Source: Aldersonia sp. NBC_00410 (GTDB lineage Bacteria > Actinomycetota > Actinomycetes > Mycobacteriales > Mycobacteriaceae). Taken from it: 32,000 bases of DNA. The stretch is taken from contig NZ_JAPENM010000011.1 in NCBI RefSeq assembly GCF_026342035.1, forward strand, positions 96,989 to 128,988, written 5' to 3'. Below the pieces are notes generated by a model, which did not search any database, was not told where the DNA came from, and was given only the letters and a program-made list of their open reading frames with translations. Position 1 is the first letter of the stretch. Each line of letters opens with the position of its first letter. The translations under genes and the position numbers were made by a program. Shown in pieces: positions 28,928 through 32,000 of this stretch.

Positions 28928-29260
28928 GTGAGCACCCGACGGGAAACGATCGACCTCGTGCTCGAGCAGCTGCGTCCGCTCGACGTGCGTAGCCACCCGA
29001 TGTTCGGTGAGTACGCGCTGTACTGCGACGAAAAGGTGGTCGGCTTCGTCTGTGACGACACCCTGCTGATGAAGATCACCACCGTGTCGCCGGAGTTCGC
29101 GGCCGAGCTCCCATTCGGCCGTCCGTACCCGAACGCCAAGGACTACCACGCGGTCCCGGCCGAGCGGCTCGCCGACATCGACTGGCTGCAGGCCTTCGTG
29201 CAGGCCACCGCCGACGTGCTGCCCATCCCGAAACCGAAAAAGTCCCGCGCAAAGACGTGA
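28928..29260 (+). CDS. TfoX/Sxy N-terminal-domain protein
   Basis: GTG 28928 gives a 110-aa protein ([51 protein letters not shown]...) with the TfoX_N pattern MFG.y.ly.d...f..v.dd.L.lK. In-frame ATGs at 28820, 28850 and 28880 in the repeat are alternative starts. The stop overlaps the dinB start (GTGA). Confidence 0.75.
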   Translation: MSTRRETIDLVLEQLRPLDVRSHPMFGEYALYCDEKVVGFVCDDTLLMKITTVSPEFAAELPFGRPYPNAKDYHAVPAERLADIDWLQAFVQATADVLPIPKPKKSRAKT

Positions 29261-30600
29261 CTGATCCGACGCGCAGTGCCCGGTGGGTGCTGCACCTCGA
29301 TATGGACGCGTTCTTCGCCTCGGTCGAGCAACTCACTCGGCCGACATTGCGTGGCCGTCCGGTCCTGGTCGGGGGGACCGGCGGCCGCGGCGTCGTCGCC
29401 GGCGCGAGCTACGAGGCGCGGGTGTTCGGCGCGCGTTCGGCGATGCCGATGCATCAGGCCCGCCGGCTCGTCGGCGCGACCGCAGTGGTGTTGCCACCGC
29501 GGGGCAGCCTGTACTCGGCGATGAGCAAGACCGTGTTCGACACCGTTCGCGAGCGGCTGCAGGTACTGGAGCAGCTGTCCACCGACGAGGCGTTCGGCGA
29601 GCCCGCCGAGCTCATCGGGGCCGACGCGGCGACCGTCTGGGGGTACTGCGAACAGTTGCGCGCCCATGTCCGCGAACGCACCGGACTTGTCGCCTCGATC
29701 GGCGCGGGCAGTGGCAAACAGATCGCCAAGATCGCCTCGGGACTGGCCAAGCCCGACGGGGTCCGGGTGGTGTCGCCGGCCGAACAGCACGACCTGTTCG
29801 CCGCGCTGCCGGTGCGCAAGCTGTGGGGGATCGGGCCGGTCGGCGAAGCGAAGCTGCGCCGGCTGGGCGTCGAGACGATCGGCGCGTTCGCCGCGATGCC
29901 CGAATCCGAGGTCGCATCGCTGCTCGGCGGCACCGTCGGCCCCGCGCTGCATCGGCTGGCGCGTGGTATCGATGACCGGGCCGTGGAGGAGCGCGCCGAG
30001 GCCAAGCAGATCTCGGCGGAAACGACGTTCGCCGCCGACCTCGTCACGCTCGGGGAGCTGCGTGCGGCGATCGAGTCGCTGGCCGCGTCGGCGCACCGCC
30101 GCCTCGGCAAGGACGGTCGCGCCGCCCGCACCGTCGTGCTCAAGCTGAAGAAGACCGATATGAGCGTGCTCACCCGCTCGGTGACGCTGCCGGCCGCGAC
30201 GACCGAGCTCGCGACCCTCGCCGCCGCCGCGCAACGATCGGCGATCGACCCGGTCGAGCTGGGGCCGGTCCGGCTCGTCGGCGTCGGCTACGGCGGACTG
30301 TCCACCGTGCGGCAGACCTCGCTGTTTCCCGAGCTGGACCTGCCCTTCGAACCGGACGCCGCGACCGACCACGATCCTGACGACGAGGCCACCGAACTCG
30401 AGACTGCCGCCGAACAACTGTGGCGTCCGGGCCTCGACGTATGCCATATCGAGTTCGGGCACGGCTGGGTGCAGGGCGCCGGCCACGGGGTGGTCACCGT
30501 GCGGTTCGAGACCCGCTCCACGGGCCCCGGACCGGCCCGAACGTTCCCGGCGGACGCGTCCGGCCTGGTCGGAGCCGATCCGCTGGACAGTCTGCGATGA
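29257..30600 (+). CDS. dinB: DNA polymerase IV (Y-family, DinB) with C-terminal extension
   Basis: 447 aa with N-terminal [16 protein letters not shown] and [22 protein letters not shown]. Clamp-binding-like QTSLF lies at 30313-30327. An additional Tudor-like C-terminal segment lies at 30421-30597. Confidence 0.93.
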   Translation: MTDPTRSARWVLHLDMDAFFASVEQLTRPTLRGRPVLVGGTGGRGVVAGASYEARVFGARSAMPMHQARRLVGATAVVLPPRGSLYSAMSKTVFDTVRERLQVLEQLSTDEAFGEPAELIGADAATVWGYCEQLRAHVRERTGLVASIGAGSGKQIAKIASGLAKPDGVRVVSPAEQHDLFAALPVRKLWGIGPVGEAKLRRLGVETIGAFAAMPESEVASLLGGTVGPALHRLARGIDDRAVEERAEAKQISAETTFAADLVTLGELRAAIESLAASAHRRLGKDGRAARTVVLKLKKTDMSVLTRSVTLPAATTELATLAAAAQRSAIDPVELGPVRLVGVGYGGLSTVRQTSLFPELDLPFEPDAATDHDPDDEATELETAAEQLWRPGLDVCHIEFGHGWVQGAGHGVVTVRFETRSTGPGPARTFPADASGLVGADPLDSLR

Positions 30601-30651
30601 CAGGTAGCCTGGGCACGAACCGCGAAACCGTACGACGCAAAGGACGGGCAA

Positions 30652-31149
30652 TTGAAGTTTAGGAAGACCAGTAGGGCAGTGGTTGCGGGGATGGCGGTAG
30701 TCGCCGCTCTCACCATGACGGCGTGTAGTTCCGACGATGACAACGGCGGAAGCAGCACCACCACCAAGGCGACGACGAGCGCGAGCACAGCGCAGGCCGA
30801 CGTCCCACCGGTGCCGACGGTCGAAGACCTCAACGCCGAGTTGCAGCGCGCGCTCGACCCGTCGGTGCCGTCCGCGGAGAAGGCAGAGATGGTCCAGGGC
30901 GCCGAGGCCGATCCGGAGCTGCCCAACACTCTTGCGCAGGCCTACCAGCAGTCCGGCGCCACCATCGTGGTGACCGGCGTGCAGGACCTCGGCGGATCGC
31001 TGCAGGCCAACGCCGACTTCACGATCAACGGTCAGACGAACCCGGTCACGGTGCCGTTCGTCGCCGAGGACGGCAAGTGGAAGATCGAGAAGACCTGGGC
31101 CTGCTCGGCGCTGATGAATCTGCAGATTCAGTCGCCTGCCTGCGTCTGA
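30652..31149 (+). CDS. putative secreted lipoprotein
   Basis: TTG start follows AAGGA. Signal peptide MKFRKTSRAVVAGMAVVAALTMTAC has a lipobox-like TMTAC. A Ser/Thr/Asp-rich linker is followed by a domain of about 100 aa ending ...DGKWKIEKTWACSALMNLQIQSPACV. Possibly MTB12/CFP-2-like (tentative). Confidence 0.75.
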   Translation: MKFRKTSRAVVAGMAVVAALTMTACSSDDDNGGSSTTTKATTSASTAQADVPPVPTVEDLNAELQRALDPSVPSAEKAEMVQGAEADPELPNTLAQAYQQSGATIVVTGVQDLGGSLQANADFTINGQTNPVTVPFVAEDGKWKIEKTWACSALMNLQIQSPACV

Positions 31150-31161
31150 CGTACGAATCGC

Positions 31162-31202
31162 GAAATGCCGGTACCCGCTCGGGTACCGGCATTTTCGTTT
31201 TC
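31162..31202. terminator. intrinsic terminator between convergent lipoprotein genes
   Basis: The 14-bp perfect stem is aaatgccggtaccc (31163-31176) and gggtaccggcattt (31181-31194), with loop gctc. It is followed by TTTTCGTTTTC on the plus strand. The opposite strand has a weaker T run. Confidence 0.85.
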
Positions 31203-31220
31203 GCGGTGGGTCCCGTTCGG

Positions 31221-31958
31221 CTACTGGGCGGGACCGCGCAACCGATCGGCCTGCGTCTGTGCCAGGCCGGTGAGCAGCGCGCCGTCGACCGGTGACGTCG
31301 CGGTCGCGGAAAGCTGGAAGACCGTCGAACCGACCACGCCGATGACGACATCGGAGGTCAGTGTCAGCCCGTCGCTCATGGTCGTCACGCGGACCGATCG
31401 GGAGGAATCGCCGACTCTGGGCCCGCTGAGGTCGGCGATGCGGTACTCGACGGTGACACCGTCGGCATCGGTGCCGGAGTAGGCCGTGCACCGACCGAGC
31501 AATTGCTGCACCGAGTCGAAGACAGCGGCGACGCTGTCGGCCGGGTAGCTCGCCGCGTCGATATCGATGCTGGAAAACCCCGGGCCGCCGAACCGTTCAC
31601 CGGCCTCGGCAGGCCCACCCGGTGCCTGATCGGCAATCGGTGCGAGGACGCCGGCGCACTCGGCGGGATCGGTGTGCGACTGGTCCGCCGGCGGATCGTC
31701 GGTCGCGGCGCCGCCGGGATCGGTCGGCAGGTCGAGGGACGCGTAGCCGGGTGGGAGATCCGCTGCGGTGAGCAACTCGGCGGCGAGCGCCGTGGAGTCG
31801 GCAATCGGTGGCGCGGTGGCCACGCCGGGCGCGGTCACCGCCGGCTGCAGCGGCGCCGGCGCGGTGCCGGGAGTGGTTTCGGTGTCGGACCCGCAGCCCG
31901 CCACGGCGAGGGTCACCGCCGCCCAGGCCACGCACAGCCGTGCAGCTACTTCAGCCAC
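31221..31958 (-). CDS. putative lipoprotein (Pro/Ala-rich linker plus C-terminal globular domain)
   Basis: 245 aa with signal peptide and lipobox VTLAVAGC. The C-terminal domain has two Cys (AEC, GRC) and resembles mycobacterial sensor-domain lipoproteins only loosely. Confidence 0.75.
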   Translation of the reverse strand: MAEVAARLCVAWAAVTLAVAGCGSDTETTPGTAPAPLQPAVTAPGVATAPPIADSTALAAELLTAADLPPGYASLDLPTDPGGAATDDPPADQSHTDPAECAGVLAPIADQAPGGPAEAGERFGGPGFSSIDIDAASYPADSVAAVFDSVQQLLGRCTAYSGTDADGVTVEYRIADLSGPRVGDSSRSVRVTTMSDGLTLTSDVVIGVVGSTVFQLSATATSPVDGALLTGLAQTQADRLRGPAQ

Positions 31959-32000
31959 TGCACCGTTGTGTTGATGGTCTGATTCAGGTGTGTCACGTCG

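Noticed and set aside
28226-29149. Upstream 308 codons of the 605-aa minus-strand ORF that ends as the LLM oxidoreductase
   Set aside because: LLM homology begins at MKLGFGLP (ATG 28225). The extension is antisense to the Gly-rich ORF, the repeat array and TfoX_N.
28808-29256. LexA SOS box (TCGAAC-N4-GTTCGA) upstream of TfoX_N/dinB
   Set aside because: I found no GAAC-N4-GTTC arrangement in this interval. The GAACATT/AATGTTC pair at 28266-28298 has a 19-nt spacer, which is incompatible with the mycobacterial LexA box.
29143-31491. 782-aa minus-strand ORF spanning dinB and both lipoprotein genes
   Set aside because: It is antisense to three independently supported genes and crosses a strong terminator hairpin. 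Its composition is Arg/Gly-rich junk.

Overview
High-GC (about 70%) actinobacterial chromosome, Mycobacteriales-like (Nocardia/Rhodococcus type). Bases 1-13177 hold a canonical plus-strand division/cell-wall (dcw) cluster: murF (partial), mraY, murD, ftsW, murG, murC, ftsQ, ftsZ, pgeF(yfiH), yggS, sepF, yggT, divIVA/wag31. A translational T-box leader and ileS follow (to 16795). In M. tuberculosis ileS is directly followed by dinX/dinB. Here about 12.4 kb of accessory DNA sits between them. It contains a small secreted protein, a Phd/YefM-PIN (VapBC-type) toxin-antitoxin pair, a low-GC orphan ORF that looks frameshifted, and a complete minus-strand kdp locus. The kdp locus is an unannotated 30-codon ORF, then kdpF, kdpA, kdpB, kdpC, kdpD, kdpE. 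After it come an LLM/F420-type oxidoreductase, an internally duplicated Gly/Asp-rich acidic protein of no family I recognise, and a TfoX_N-domain gene translationally coupled to dinB. Two lipoprotein genes converging on a strong hairpin terminator close the window. No rRNA, tRNA, CRISPR array or transposase was seen. The most interesting region is 28.2-30.6 kb. It has the Gly-rich duplicated ORF and a triplicated 30-bp palindrome-bearing repeat. The last repeat copy completes an exact match to the mycobacterial RecA-independent (PafBC-type) DNA-damage promoter motif, placed to give a leaderless TfoX_N-DinB operon. The DinB also carries a PcrA/UvrD-like Tudor C-terminal extension. Other notable items: a 29-bp x4 tandem duplication of the pgeF/yggS stop-start junction that creates a relay of GTGA-coupled mini-ORFs; in-frame short tandem repeats inside murC and murD; and the extra small hydrophobic ORF coupled to kdpF. 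All calls come from reading the sequence and from family knowledge; no database search was run.
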